Source: a virus (lineage: Duplodnaviria > Caudoviricetes). From it: a DNA stretch of 64,000 nt. How positions within the stretch are numbered: the stretch's first letter is position 1; every line of letters begins with the position of its first letter. Shown here piece by piece: positions 27,952 through 37,977 of this stretch. Under the pieces are notes generated by a model. The model did not search any database. It was not told where the DNA came from and saw only the letters and a list, made by a program, of their open reading frames with translations. The stretch spans positions 64,001 to 128,000 of the IMG/VR virus record IMGVR_UViG_3300028591_000083, one strand, 5' to 3'. The position numbers and the translations under genes were made by a program.

Positions 27952-29096
27952 AAATAGAAATCTGTGATATCTTTTGCCAATCTTCTGATTCTATCCTTAT
28001 CCGGAGTTTCCGGAAGATAGGATGTTTTATATGCTTGTTCAAGTCTTTGATCATATTCTGTTACCATATCAAAGAACTCTTTTGAAAACGATTCGCCGTT
28101 AAAGAATTTACCGTTTTTAACTTCCATCAAGAAGTCATGTTCTTTTTCTCTATATGTTTGAATAACTCCGTCATGTAGAATGTCATATCCCATCATGTAG
28201 AGGCGAAATAAATGTTGTGAGTGCTTGCATAAATGATAATCGTCTTTTTTATTATTTCGGTGTCCAAGAACTTTGTTAAACTCTTTAATATTAGAACCAA
28301 TCTCATTCATAACAGATGTGAATTGTCTGGCAGGTAACATATCAATATTCACATTAAATACAAGTTCCACATCATCAGGATCAATAGTTTTTCCATTCGC
28401 TTTTACTTCTTTATATGTATCGTAAAACAGAAGTTGAATATCATCCGGAACTACTTTATGTCCGTCAATATACACATCGTTTCCTTCTTTGTCTTTTACC
28501 TCAATGCTTACCATTTTAGTATTATAGTTTGAATATTCACGTTCAAGATGTTTCTGCATTCTATTTACGGCATCCGCCATACAAAGAACATTGGATAGTG
28601 TTCCTTGTCTTTGTCTGCCCAGAGCATTCTTTAATCTCTGGAACTGCCCTCTTGCATATTCAGCAAAAGATCTGTATGCCATCTTAGAAAGAAAGACATC
28701 TGCGTTTCTAATAAGATATTCAGCAATCGGGCTATACATTAAATAATCCTGTTTTCTGCACCCAAGCATTTCAATCGTGTTCGGATTGCAGTTATATAGA
28801 AGTTTGAACAATTTATGAATACTGTAAATAGTTGTATCTGTATTAGTTTCTGTTATTTGCTCAAACCCATTCTCACCAAATATCACATAAGGTTCTGCTT
28901 TATCGTGTAGAAACCCACATCCGGTAAGATTGTCATACGGAGGAAAACATACTCCACGAATATCAATATCTGAATTTGGTGTATTTAGTCCATATGCATG
29001 ACTTCCGCCAAGACACAGAAATATGATGTTTTCAAGATATTTATTATTCCTCAAAAAGTCATATTCTTTACCATTTACAATTTCTTTGATGTTCAT
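27942..29096 (-). CDS. Pol-beta superfamily nucleotidyltransferase (YcgL/NrdC.11-like)
   Basis: GGSHAYGLNTPNSDIDIRGV; NPNTIEML; HLFRL; S.LPE.PD. Confidence 0.85.
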   Translation of the reverse strand: MNIKEIVNGKEYDFLRNNKYLENIIFLCLGGSHAYGLNTPNSDIDIRGVCFPPYDNLTGCGFLHDKAEPYVIFGENGFEQITETNTDTTIYSIHKLFKLLYNCNPNTIEMLGCRKQDYLMYSPIAEYLIRNADVFLSKMAYRSFAEYARGQFQRLKNALGRQRQGTLSNVLCMADAVNRMQKHLEREYSNYNTKMVSIEVKDKEGNDVYIDGHKVVPDDIQLLFYDTYKEVKANGKTIDPDDVELVFNVNIDMLPARQFTSVMNEIGSNIKEFNKVLGHRNNKKDDYHLCKHSQHLFRLYMMGYDILHDGVIQTYREKEHDFLMEVKNGKFFNGESFSKEFFDMVTEYDQRLEQAYKTSYLPETPDKDRIRRLAKDITDFYFWR

Positions 29097-29131
29097 TTTA
29101 TCACTCCTTATACAATGTCCGTTATAAATAT

Positions 29132-29160
29132 AGTATAACATACTTTGCTGAAAATGTCAA
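29132..29160 (-). promoter_or_regulatory. sigma70-type early promoter
   Basis: TTGACA-N17-TATACT. Confidence 0.85.
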
Positions 29161-29188
29161 GTGTTTTTTGAAATTTTACATATAAAAC

Positions 29189-29219
29189 AAAAAGGATGTC
29201 CCTTTGTGGAACATCCTTT
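29189..29219 (-). terminator. intrinsic terminator
   Basis: AAAGGATGT..ACATCCTTT. Confidence 0.75.
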
Positions 29220-29229
29220 GTTTCTACTA

Positions 29230-29700
29230 TCAGTACGAATATTCGGATTCAATGAATACTTGATACTTATCAGGATTTTGTAAAAGTGTTTCTAACCATT
29301 CTGGTTTGTTGTGTTCATACATTGCTAGATCTAAGGCATCCAAATTCTCTCTATCACCAAGCCAATGTTTCAACGCCATTAGATGTGAAAGATTGTGAAT
29401 AGTTGTATCTCTTACTTCTAGTTCAGACCATATCTGACTGCCCCAAATATCAGAATCAATAGGATCAATTAAATGTTCATAAATGTAATCAATAACTGTA
29501 TCAACTACCGTTACAGAACAAATAGCATTGAACTTATCTTGATATTTTTCATCTGTGTGTTTTGCTTCTTCTTCACACAAGCAATGCAATTCTTTAGAAA
29601 TTGCAAAACATTTACGCCAATAAGCCACATCTTCTCGAAACTCAGTCACGCCTGTAATAGCATTTTTAATTGTTAAATAGATTGTGTAATCTAATCCCAT
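29230..29700 (-). CDS. hypothetical phage protein (MGLD...YWRK type)
   Basis: MGLD start and YWRK motif. Confidence 0.75.
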   Translation of the reverse strand: MGLDYTIYLTIKNAITGVTEFREDVAYWRKCFAISKELHCLCEEEAKHTDEKYQDKFNAICSVTVVDTVIDYIYEHLIDPIDSDIWGSQIWSELEVRDTTIHNLSHLMALKHWLGDRENLDALDLAMYEHNKPEWLETLLQNPDKYQVFIESEYSY

Positions 29701-29812
29701 TTTTATTTCCCCCAAATAGATTCAAGTGTTTCATCAATTTCTTTTGATGCTTTACATAGTGCAAATCCAAACATTGCTGACATGGCACACAAACAAGCAA
29801 TTCCAATAACCC

Positions 29813-30337
29813 TTAACATAGTTTCTTTCCTCCACTCTTTTTCATTTGTTTACAATTCTCACAGCTTGGAAATTCATTTGGACAATTTGATACGTTCTCA
29901 CATGGAAGTTCTCTGTAAAAAATATTTCCGGTTCTTTTACCAATAACCGCTAATTCATAAATATGATCCGTGATAACTCCATTATGGTGTCTTACATATC
30001 CTCTGAATTCATAGCGTTTATCTTTTTCGTCTACTACATAGAAATCACATGGTCTTAACGGTTCTGGACGTGATTTCTTAAAATCTTTCCATCCTCTATC
30101 CGGCTTTACAATTACATTAGGTTTCTTCTCTACTACTAATTTTTTGCTTTCTCTTATTTTTGTACCCAATTTAGGAGATTCTCTTTTAGTAGTAGGAACA
30201 ACGGTATTTTTTCTAATTCTACCACGCCGCTTTTTTGCGGCTTCAACAAGTTCAACATCTTCATTTTTTCTGTTCTTTTTCTGTGTTTCTTTTGATTCAA
30301 CTTCAAACAATGGTTTTCTGAATTCTGCTTTTCTCAC
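29813..30337 (-). CDS. basic hypothetical protein
   Basis: Lys/Arg-rich with repeated [LI]xE motifs. Confidence 0.7.
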   Translation of the reverse strand: MRKAEFRKPLFEVESKETQKKNRKNEDVELVEAAKKRRGRIRKNTVVPTTKRESPKLGTKIRESKKLVVEKKPNVIVKPDRGWKDFKKSRPEPLRPCDFYVVDEKDKRYEFRGYVRHHNGVITDHIYELAVIGKRTGNIFYRELPCENVSNCPNEFPSCENCKQMKKSGGKKLC

Positions 30338-30345
30338 AATACACC

Positions 30346-32406
30346 TCAGAACAACTTTCTTTTTCCACTAGGTTTACTTACAGATTTCTGAATCTCAATC
30401 TTCTGTTGAACACCTGAGATCATGTTATTGAATTCCGATTCTGTAATAATCGAAACACCTAACTCATGTGCTTTCTTATTTTTACTAGAATTACTTGTTG
30501 AATCATTGTTGATAAGATATGTTGTGTTCTTATTTACAGAGCTTCCAACCGTACCTCCGTTTGCAACAATGGTATCAAAAAGCTGCTGTCTATTTGAATA
30601 TGTTTCAAGTGAACCAGTTACAACAAATGTTTTTCCTGCAAGAATACAGGAAGATGTAACCTTTACAGGATTACCAATATTCAGATATGAAACAAGTTTG
30701 TAAAACTCAACCCTGTTATCCTCGTTATCAAAGTATTTAATCACATTATTTGCTACAACATCACCAATGCCGTACACACAAGACAGTCTGCTATAAAGCT
30801 GTCCTGATTTAAGACATTCTGTAAACTCTTTTACATCATTATTGAATTCCTCTGAAATATCTTTTGCCGTCTGACTTCCAACACCTTCAATACTAATTGC
30901 TACAAGAAGTCTATCTAATGATGTATTCTTTGAATCTTCAATAGCATCCATAATCTGTTTTACAGACTTTTCGCCAAAACCGGGAATAAGCGCAATTTGA
31001 TCCGAATGTGTAGACAATGTATACACATCTGAATATTTTTCAAGATATCCAACATCAATAAATCTATCAATAGTTTTTTCTGACAGTCCTCTAATGTCCA
31101 TAGCGTTCTTTGCAACAAATGCGGTAAACTTCTTCAACAATCTTCCGGAACAATGAGGATTCGTACAAATTAGATTCATAATTCCTTCATCAGAAACATC
31201 TACAGCCGTATTATGATAACAGTACGGACATTTATACGGAACACCGTCTTTATATGCATCTTTCAATCTATGTTCTGTATTATTACATCTGATTTGTGGA
31301 ATTACATCATTTGCCCGATAAATTTCTACATTGTCACCCTTCATAATATTAAGATCTGCCATGATTGAAAGATTATGTAAACTTGCCCTTGTAACAGTTG
31401 CATTATCCATAGGAACTTCTTCAAATACAGCAACCGGGGTAAGAACACCTGTCTTACCGACACTAAATTCAATATCAGTAATAGTAGTTTCATAACCTTC
31501 ATCGTAGAATTTGTATGCGAGTCCATTCTTAAAATGATGTGAGGTGCTTCCAAGGGAAGCTCCATATTCAATATTATTAAACATTGTAACAATACCGTCA
31601 ATAGGAATTCCGTCATTGACAGCTTTATTTCTCATGTTCTCAAATGTCTTTTCAATATAGTCTGTTGTTTTTTCTCCGTCTGTTCGCCAATAATGAACAA
31701 TGGTAAATCCATATTGAAGTGCTGTAAGAAGTCCTGAATGCATATTTCCGTCACTGGAAAGATCATTTGCATTCCAGACAACAAATCTTACTTTACGGGA
31801 TGCACATACAGCACTATCATAATTTCTTACTGACCCACTAGCAAGATTTCTTTGATTTGCTTTCTTCTTACGTTCAGAATCCCAATCTCTGATTACATAA
31901 TCAAAATCCTTTTTAAGAATGATCGCTTCACCTGTAATACGTACAACTCTATTTAGTTTTGGAATAGATTTTGGAATACCTAGAATTGTTTTTGCATTGT
32001 TTGTAATATCCTCACCAATAATACCGTTTCCTCTTGTTTCGGCACAGACAAAGTTACCGTTTTCATCATATGTGAGTTGTACTGTCAGTCCGTCAAGTTT
32101 ATGCATATACAATACATCTTTATCACCTTGGAACTTTTGCACTTCCTCAAATGAATGTGCTTTATCCAGTGAAAGCAGTGGCTTAAAATGTGTAACCTCT
32201 TTGAAGCCACTGACAACAGAATACCCGACTGTTTGAGTAGGAGAATTACTAAGAACAATACCACTTTCCTTTTCAAGCTGTTCAAGTTTATCAAACAACT
32301 CGTCATACTGTTTATCTGTAATAATGGAATTGTTATTATTATAGTATTCATCTCTGCAAACATTCAGGTATTCTACAAGCTCTGTAATTGTTGATGTAGT
32401 TGACAT
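30346..32406 (-). CDS. ligA: NAD-dependent DNA ligase
   Basis: D..YD.L, LLSLDK, KLDG, TRGNG, IDG, AYKF, VGKTG.LTP, RASLHN, Zn finger, HhH, BRCT FVVTGSL. Confidence 0.95.
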   Translation of the reverse strand: MSTTSTITELVEYLNVCRDEYYNNNNSIITDKQYDELFDKLEQLEKESGIVLSNSPTQTVGYSVVSGFKEVTHFKPLLSLDKAHSFEEVQKFQGDKDVLYMHKLDGLTVQLTYDENGNFVCAETRGNGIIGEDITNNAKTILGIPKSIPKLNRVVRITGEAIILKKDFDYVIRDWDSERKKKANQRNLASGSVRNYDSAVCASRKVRFVVWNANDLSSDGNMHSGLLTALQYGFTIVHYWRTDGEKTTDYIEKTFENMRNKAVNDGIPIDGIVTMFNNIEYGASLGSTSHHFKNGLAYKFYDEGYETTITDIEFSVGKTGVLTPVAVFEEVPMDNATVTRASLHNLSIMADLNIMKGDNVEIYRANDVIPQIRCNNTEHRLKDAYKDGVPYKCPYCYHNTAVDVSDEGIMNLICTNPHCSGRLLKKFTAFVAKNAMDIRGLSEKTIDRFIDVGYLEKYSDVYTLSTHSDQIALIPGFGEKSVKQIMDAIEDSKNTSLDRLLVAISIEGVGSQTAKDISEEFNNDVKEFTECLKSGQLYSRLSCVYGIGDVVANNVIKYFDNEDNRVEFYKLVSYLNIGNPVKVTSSCILAGKTFVVTGSLETYSNRQQLFDTIVANGGTVGSSVNKNTTYLINNDSTSNSSKNKKAHELGVSIITESEFNNMISGVQQKIEIQKSVSKPSGKRKLF

Positions 32407-32429
32407 TTTATTTCCTCCAAAAATAAAAA

Positions 32430-32687
32430 TCAAAGTTCTTTTGTAATGATATCGAACGGCACTCCTGCGAGACTTCTAATGTATTGCATTAAAGCTATCT
32501 GTGCATCGTCAGCATCTACTTTTCCACTATCATCTAAATCACAAGCGATATTCTGATCTGCTGTGAATTTAGTTTGGTTGCCTCCAAGAACGCCTAAATA
32601 TTCTTTAAGTATCATCTGTGCGTTCTCAGCTCTTAAACTTCCGTCAAAGAATACATCTCCGCCAACTACTTCTACATTATATGCCAT
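32430..32687 (-). CDS. stand-alone dockerin-domain protein
   Basis: duplicated Ca-loop/helix repeats GDVFFDGSLRAENAQMIL and CDLDDSGKVDADDAQIAL. Confidence 0.75.
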   Translation of the reverse strand: MAYNVEVVGGDVFFDGSLRAENAQMILKEYLGVLGGNQTKFTADQNIACDLDDSGKVDADDAQIALMQYIRSLAGVPFDIITKEL

Positions 32688-32705
32688 AGTACATCAATCC
32701 TTTCT

Positions 32706-33104
32706 TTAGTAATCTCCACGCTCAACTTTACTCATAGCATCTAAAATATCCATTGCTTGTTTTTGAGTAAGCCGAATTACTGTTCCAAGCTCATATGTGT
32801 CTATTTCCTGATCCCACTGTTTTCTCAATGGGATACTAAACTTCTTTATAAAGTCAACAGCTTGCTTTGCATATTTGAATTTACGCACTGTTTTTGAATC
32901 ATTTATTATTTCAACATCATCATTTCCATGAAGTATTAAATCAAGTTCTACTCCGTTTGCTGTTACTTTATATCTTGGCTCATTGTGTTTTGTATTTCTT
33001 GTTTTTCCAAATTCGTCAACCCATAAATCAAAAGGCTGACCTGTAATTTTTGTTCTTAGTATCGCGTGTTCATATAATGGTGATTCAGATACATAAAGTT
33101 TCAT
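32706..33104 (-). CDS. hypothetical (DUF4160-like)
   Basis: LWVD..G..RN.KHNEPR.KV; leader MKLYVSES..LYEHA. Confidence 0.6.
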   Translation of the reverse strand: MKLYVSESPLYEHAILRTKITGQPFDLWVDEFGKTRNTKHNEPRYKVTANGVELDLILHGNDDVEIINDSKTVRKFKYAKQAVDFIKKFSIPLRKQWDQEIDTYELGTVIRLTQKQAMDILDAMSKVERGDY

Positions 33105-33148
33105 TTTAGAAACCACCGCCTTTACAAAAACCAATTCTATACAAATAT

Positions 33149-33177
33149 AGTATAACATGAACTAATTGAATTGTCAA
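33149..33177 (-). promoter_or_regulatory. sigma70-type early promoter
   Basis: TTGACA-N17-TATACT. Confidence 0.85.
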
Positions 33178-33211
33178 TATCTATAATAAATATTTTTATT
33201 TTAACTTATAT

Positions 33212-34006
33212 TCACTTCTCAATCTTAGTGTAAGGAATAGGTTTTCTCTTTCCAGTTCCGTTATATCTCGCGGCAATAGCGAATTCTTTATTTTCAGTAT
33301 CAATGAAATCTTGTGCATCTTGAACAAGTCTTGGTAATTTTGACAATTCTTTTTTCAACTTATCTACATCAAAATTATAATCTCTTTCAGCAGCAATCAT
33401 TTCATCTTCAATACGACTAATCTGTTTAGAGATATTTGTGATCATTCTATCGTACTCAGACCGCTTACCAGTAAGTCTATCCTTACGTTGATCTATAAGT
33501 TCCTTAACAACATCATAGGCATCATTGAGTTGCTGTGCATACTTACCTAAATGATTTTGCTGTAATAGTTTAGCATAGTATCTTTTATTTACTTCCGGAT
33601 TCCAGTCTTTATCGAAGATATATGATACTGATTTCGGAACATTTGGATAATCTACTTCTGACGGTTTTACAAGTCCTTGACGATAATGTCTTCTTTGTTC
33701 GCGGCGATTTTGAACATTTACTCCGCCCTCAATAACCTCATAAACATCATAATCCTGAATTTCAGATGACTTAATCTTATTTTGATTATACATAAATTTA
33801 CCGTCACCGTATACGGCAATAATGGTATCTCCGTTTGCAATAAGAACATTCTTTCCTCTTAAATCGTGGTAAGAAGAAATATCAAGTTTCTCGATAGATG
33901 AATTTTGAATATCAATATAGGTATTTAGATATTCAAACACATTATCTGAAATATGAATTCCATTTCGTCTTAGATCCGTAATAATATTTTCAACAGCTAA
34001 GATCAT
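33212..34006 (-). CDS. hypothetical protein
   Basis: ORF with RBS; starts MILAVEN. Confidence 0.75.
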   Translation of the reverse strand: MILAVENIITDLRRNGIHISDNVFEYLNTYIDIQNSSIEKLDISSYHDLRGKNVLIANGDTIIAVYGDGKFMYNQNKIKSSEIQDYDVYEVIEGGVNVQNRREQRRHYRQGLVKPSEVDYPNVPKSVSYIFDKDWNPEVNKRYYAKLLQQNHLGKYAQQLNDAYDVVKELIDQRKDRLTGKRSEYDRMITNISKQISRIEDEMIAAERDYNFDVDKLKKELSKLPRLVQDAQDFIDTENKEFAIAARYNGTGKRKPIPYTKIEK

Positions 34007-34031
34007 AATTCGTTCAACTCCTTTAAGGAAA

Positions 34032-34078
34032 AATAATCTACATATAGTGTTTTAATTTCCATACTATATGTAGACTAT
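34032..34078 (-). promoter_or_regulatory. hairpin element (terminator with possible embedded late promoter; also NrdR-box-like)
   Basis: TCTACATATAGT..ACTATATGTAGA inverted repeat followed by U run. Confidence 0.5.
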
Positions 34079-34093
34079 TTATATATTTTAGTT

Positions 34094-34438
34094 TTATGTT
34101 TTGTTTAGCGATTCTTCATATTTCTCGTATGCATCAGAAATCAACCACGGCATATAATCTCTTCCCATATCATCACCGTAATAGTTCATTCTTATAATAT
34201 CTTCAACAGTTCTATCTTTAATCCATTCCAGAAAATCTTTAATTGTATCATCATCAACAACTAGAAATTTTGCATCCAATGTTTCAGAAAAAGCGAACCA
34301 TGCTTTTTCAAGATTCATCGGACTAATGTTGAGTGTTCCATATTTTGATAATTCATTTTTAAGTTTTTCCATTTCTTCCGGATACTCAAAATTCTCATAT
34401 TCCATTTCAGGATTGAAGAATGGTTCAAATGCAAGCAT
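34094..34438 (-). CDS. hypothetical protein
   Basis: RBS before MLAFEP. Confidence 0.7.
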   Translation of the reverse strand: MLAFEPFFNPEMEYENFEYPEEMEKLKNELSKYGTLNISPMNLEKAWFAFSETLDAKFLVVDDDTIKDFLEWIKDRTVEDIIRMNYYGDDMGRDYMPWLISDAYEKYEESLNKT

Positions 34439-34614
34439 CTTTATTCCTCCTCTGTGTTTAATGTTTGTTCCCCTTTGCACGAATCATATGCTTTAATATA
34501 TTCAATGAATTCTCTTGTGTCAAATTCATCATACGTTGACAATGTAATCTTTGATATGATGCCATCACATAGACATGATTCGGCTTGCTGAACATTCCAA
34601 TTTTCAAGTTTCAT

Positions 34615-35826
34615 TTAGTTATCCTCCGATTTCTTAATTGTATATTTTTCAATAATTTGCTCATACGTAGCTTCACTCATAAGATCAATATTCATCTGAG
34701 CGATTGTTACAGATTCAGCGGTTGTCCTATCTTCCGGCAATCCTTTTCCAAAATGGGCATTCAAACATTGCTTCATTACTTCATCACAAACATATCCAAT
34801 TTCAATCTGTTTATCAATTCTTCCGGCTCTTAGAAATCTTGGATCAATTCTTTCTGGATAATTTGTAGTGAAGATATAGATAATATTTGTGCAACTGCAA
34901 GCACCATCAATAGCATTTAGAAGTTTTGAGAGATTTGATTCCTTTAACTTCGATACATACGCTTTATCCTTTTCAGAATTAACACAATATTCGTTATATT
35001 CAAACATTTCATCTGCACTTCTATATCCAGACAAAAGAATATCACAATCTTCAACAATAACTGCTGTATAGATATCATCGGATGCAGTTCCATACGCATT
35101 TCTTATAGGTTTTTCAATGTTAGCAAGACCTCCTAGCGAGTCTACATAGACTCGATACAAATTGAATTTATCACAAAGAGCCGATACAATAGAACTTTTA
35201 CCTGTACCCGGAGGACCGTATAGAAGAATTCCTGTATGATATGGAATTTGATATTTCTTAAACCACGCTTTTCGATCAATAAAATGTTTGATATGTGATT
35301 CAAGTTCTTTCAGTCTAGCTTCTTGAATATACAGAGTTGACATATCTCGTTCGTGATATTCAGCAATATCAAGATAATCACCGTCACCATCATATCTATG
35401 AGCACCACTATCTGCTGTACTTATAATCAACTGTTTTCTTTGAAATTCCAAGTAACTAATAAATCTCTTTAATGTTTTTATATTCTTCTTTGTTCTTAAT
35501 ACAGATAGACTTAAAGATGGAGCCCTATCACCGTTATGAGAAACTTTAGAAATAATTGGAATATTGTTATATATGAAAACATCATAACACACATCTTTAT
35601 CAAGATATCCACATGAGTCGGTATATTCCCTATCTGATAATTTTTTAGGGATATACTTAAACATCTCTCTGAAATAATCTGTTCTAAGATGTGACCATCT
35701 TATTTGTTCACTGTAAAAAACTCTATCAGAAACAACAGATAAAAGTTGATTCACAAATGATCCTGAATTATTAAGCACTTTCGTACCTAGATTTTTACAC
35801 AGTGTCTTACCATTAATAAAACTCAT
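34615..35826 (-). CDS. AAA ATPase (BCS1-like)
   Basis: GILLYGPPGTGKSS, IVEDCD, LSKLLNAIDG, TTN, D.RFLRAGRID. Confidence 0.9.
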   Translation of the reverse strand: MSFINGKTLCKNLGTKVLNNSGSFVNQLLSVVSDRVFYSEQIRWSHLRTDYFREMFKYIPKKLSDREYTDSCGYLDKDVCYDVFIYNNIPIISKVSHNGDRAPSLSLSVLRTKKNIKTLKRFISYLEFQRKQLIISTADSGAHRYDGDGDYLDIAEYHERDMSTLYIQEARLKELESHIKHFIDRKAWFKKYQIPYHTGILLYGPPGTGKSSIVSALCDKFNLYRVYVDSLGGLANIEKPIRNAYGTASDDIYTAVIVEDCDILLSGYRSADEMFEYNEYCVNSEKDKAYVSKLKESNLSKLLNAIDGACSCTNIIYIFTTNYPERIDPRFLRAGRIDKQIEIGYVCDEVMKQCLNAHFGKGLPEDRTTAESVTIAQMNIDLMSEATYEQIIEKYTIKKSEDN

Positions 35827-36251
35827 TCTTCATCCTCCGGGATATAAGTCCATTTGGTTACAAATTCATCATCTGCCAGTGCATTTCGATTATCTGAGTG
35901 AATCCATCCATTGTCTGTAAATTCAACAAGGTATTTTACTTCATATCTGTATCTAGTGTCTTCTACAACTGCCAGAATTTCTGTATTCATTGGTGGTTCA
36001 ACATCTGGAAATTTTCTCCAAATTTTCTCCTTAATTGTTCCACATGAAACATTTACTCTTGAATTCCATTTTTCCACAAGTTTTTCATATGTTTTCATAA
36101 CGTCAGCAACACTCGGACCACATTGAAGTGTTTCTGTGAAACTATACCCACAGCTAGTGCAACCAAGTTTCAACATTATTCTATTACCGACCTGTGAAAC
36201 AATATCATATGGCGCTTTTCCGCAGAATGGACATTCAATATGTTTATTCAT
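35823..36251 (-). CDS. Lar-like zinc finger fused to DUF551-like domain
   Basis: CPFCG..CTSC..WNSR; W...P....VTKW..IP. Confidence 0.65.
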   Translation of the reverse strand: MNKHIECPFCGKAPYDIVSQVGNRIMLKLGCTSCGYSFTETLQCGPSVADVMKTYEKLVEKWNSRVNVSCGTIKEKIWRKFPDVEPPMNTEILAVVEDTRYRYEVKYLVEFTDNGWIHSDNRNALADDEFVTKWTYIPEDEE

Positions 36252-36571
36252 TTTTTATCTTCCTTATTATTAAAAAGACTGATAGCCATGTCTTCAAGAT
36301 ATGTTATGCTTTCAACTTTAGTTGGATCACAAGATTCGATTATGTATTGATCAACTGAGAATCCTAGATTCACAACTCCATCTCGCAGCCATTGTCTTAC
36401 AGTTCCGTAAGGTTCAATAGTTAGACACCTTACAAATATGCATATATGATTTATTGTACGAATCACAATTACCGGAGAATGAAGTTCATTTATCTGCAAA
36501 ATATAGAAATCAAGATTGTGGAATTCATCAACAGAAAACTCAAACTCACTTCGTTTTATTACAATTCGCAT
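36248..36571 (-). CDS. hypothetical protein
   Basis: ORF with RBS. Confidence 0.65.
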   Translation of the reverse strand: MRIVIKRSEFEFSVDEFHNLDFYILQINELHSPVIVIRTINHICIFVRCLTIEPYGTVRQWLRDGVVNLGFSVDQYIIESCDPTKVESITYLEDMAISLFNNKEDKK

Positions 36572-36572
36572 A

Positions 36573-37271
36573 TTAGCTCTCCTTTTCATAAATTAAATGT
36601 GTAAGACCACATAGTTTTAATGCATCGAAATATAGAAGTCTTTGTGATCTTGTTAAGTTAATTCCTGCCGCTTTCTTTGCAATTACATCTGCATATTCAT
36701 TTCCAATAACTCCTGTATGGGCTTCTACTTTCTGGAAATTTAGATTCATGTTCAATCCGCGAATGAATTGAACATAGGCAACAGTTCCCTCTCTTTTAGC
36801 TTTCCATGTTTTATCAGCCCATGCTCGGATACCTTGATAATCATAGTAAATAGTAATATCTTTGATTCCAATGGTTGTTGCAAGTTTCAACGCTTCCATT
36901 GTTCCAGTGACTTCTCCTGCCACATTTCGCATGGAAGACATATCAACATCATTATTACTTCCTTGAATCAGATGATAATTTTTGCCGTCAAACAAAACTC
37001 CACCGTAACCATAATATCCTGTATCTGCATTGAAAGATCCATCTACGAAACAATAACAGTCTGAACTCACTCCTGTAAGATCAGGAACTTCAGCATCATG
37101 TGAAGGTTCTTCCGGAGCGTTATTCACAAAATCCCAAGCTGATTGTTCATCTTTGAATTTCTTGAAAATAGCACCGGAAAAACCTTTTACTGAATTTTCA
37201 CATTCAGACCATGTTCGGAAAACTCCTACTTCCCTACCGTTTCTTACGGCATAGTAAAAATTAGTATCCAT
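36573..37271 (-). CDS. rnhA: ribonuclease HI with N-terminal hybrid-binding (viroplasmin-like) domain
   Basis: FYYAVRNGR..GVF.TW.EC; VDGSF, RNVAGE, YYDYQG, KVEAHTG..GNE.AD. Confidence 0.9.
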   Translation of the reverse strand: MDTNFYYAVRNGREVGVFRTWSECENSVKGFSGAIFKKFKDEQSAWDFVNNAPEEPSHDAEVPDLTGVSSDCYCFVDGSFNADTGYYGYGGVLFDGKNYHLIQGSNNDVDMSSMRNVAGEVTGTMEALKLATTIGIKDITIYYDYQGIRAWADKTWKAKREGTVAYVQFIRGLNMNLNFQKVEAHTGVIGNEYADVIAKKAAGINLTRSQRLLYFDALKLCGLTHLIYEKES

Positions 37272-37641
37272 AATTAAATTCCTTATTTGTTTTGATGTTA
37301 ATGTCAATATCCTTGTAATCTGCAAGATATGCTGTCTTCGTCACAGCAGAACCAATAAAATCTTCCTCTGTAACATCTGCTGCATTTTCAATGTCAAAAA
37401 TCTCGATAATGTCTGCAACAGTGAGGACAGGAGGATTTCCACGCACATCCTCATCACCAAAAACATAGCTATATTGATCACAAGCGTTGATTGTGATAAT
37501 ATACTTAGTTGTGATAATTTCAATATGGTTAATTCTTTCTGCACCAATTTCACAGGTAGGACAGCTACCGTGAATATAAGTTGCATCTGCTTTAATATCA
37601 AGAATTCCACCATTCTTAAACTCAACAATAAAATCAGTCAT
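37261..37641 (-). CDS. hypothetical protein
   Basis: RBS; CPTC motif. Confidence 0.7.
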   Translation of the reverse strand: MTDFIVEFKNGGILDIKADATYIHGSCPTCEIGAERINHIEIITTKYIITINACDQYSYVFGDEDVRGNPPVLTVADIIEIFDIENAADVTEEDFIGSAVTKTAYLADYKDIDINIKTNKEFNYGY

Positions 37642-37654
37642 TGTAATTCTCCTT

Positions 37655-37843
37655 TCACCACGCACAAGTTTCAAAAGTGGAAATATCTTCTCTGAGATCG
37701 CAATAATCATAGATTTCCAAGAAATCTTCTTCTTCCTGTAACTGTTCAAGCTCGAACTCTGCCTGACGGATAAGTTTCAGGTTTCTAGTGACAACGCCCT
37801 CTGCAAACATATTGTTGATCTTATTTCTCATAGTATTTACCAC
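37655..37843 (-). CDS. small early hypothetical protein
   Basis: first ORF after promoter. Confidence 0.6.
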   Translation of the reverse strand: MVNTMRNKINNMFAEGVVTRNLKLIRQAEFELEQLQEEEDFLEIYDYCDLREDISTFETCAW

Positions 37844-37880
37844 CTTTCTTTACTTTCATATTCCTCTGTCTTACAAATAT

Positions 37881-37909
37881 AGTATAACATAAAATACTCT
37901 ATTTGTCAA
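37881..37909 (-). promoter_or_regulatory. sigma70-type early promoter
   Basis: TTGACA-N17-TATACT. Confidence 0.85.
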
Positions 37910-37931
37910 GTATTTTCGGAAAAATAAGTAT

Positions 37932-37963
37932 AAAAAATCTCCACAAAAATAATGTGGAGATTT
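37932..37963 (-). terminator. intrinsic terminator
   Basis: AAATCTCCACA..TGTGGAGATTT. Confidence 0.8.
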
Positions 37964-37977
37964 GTGTAATATAACAA

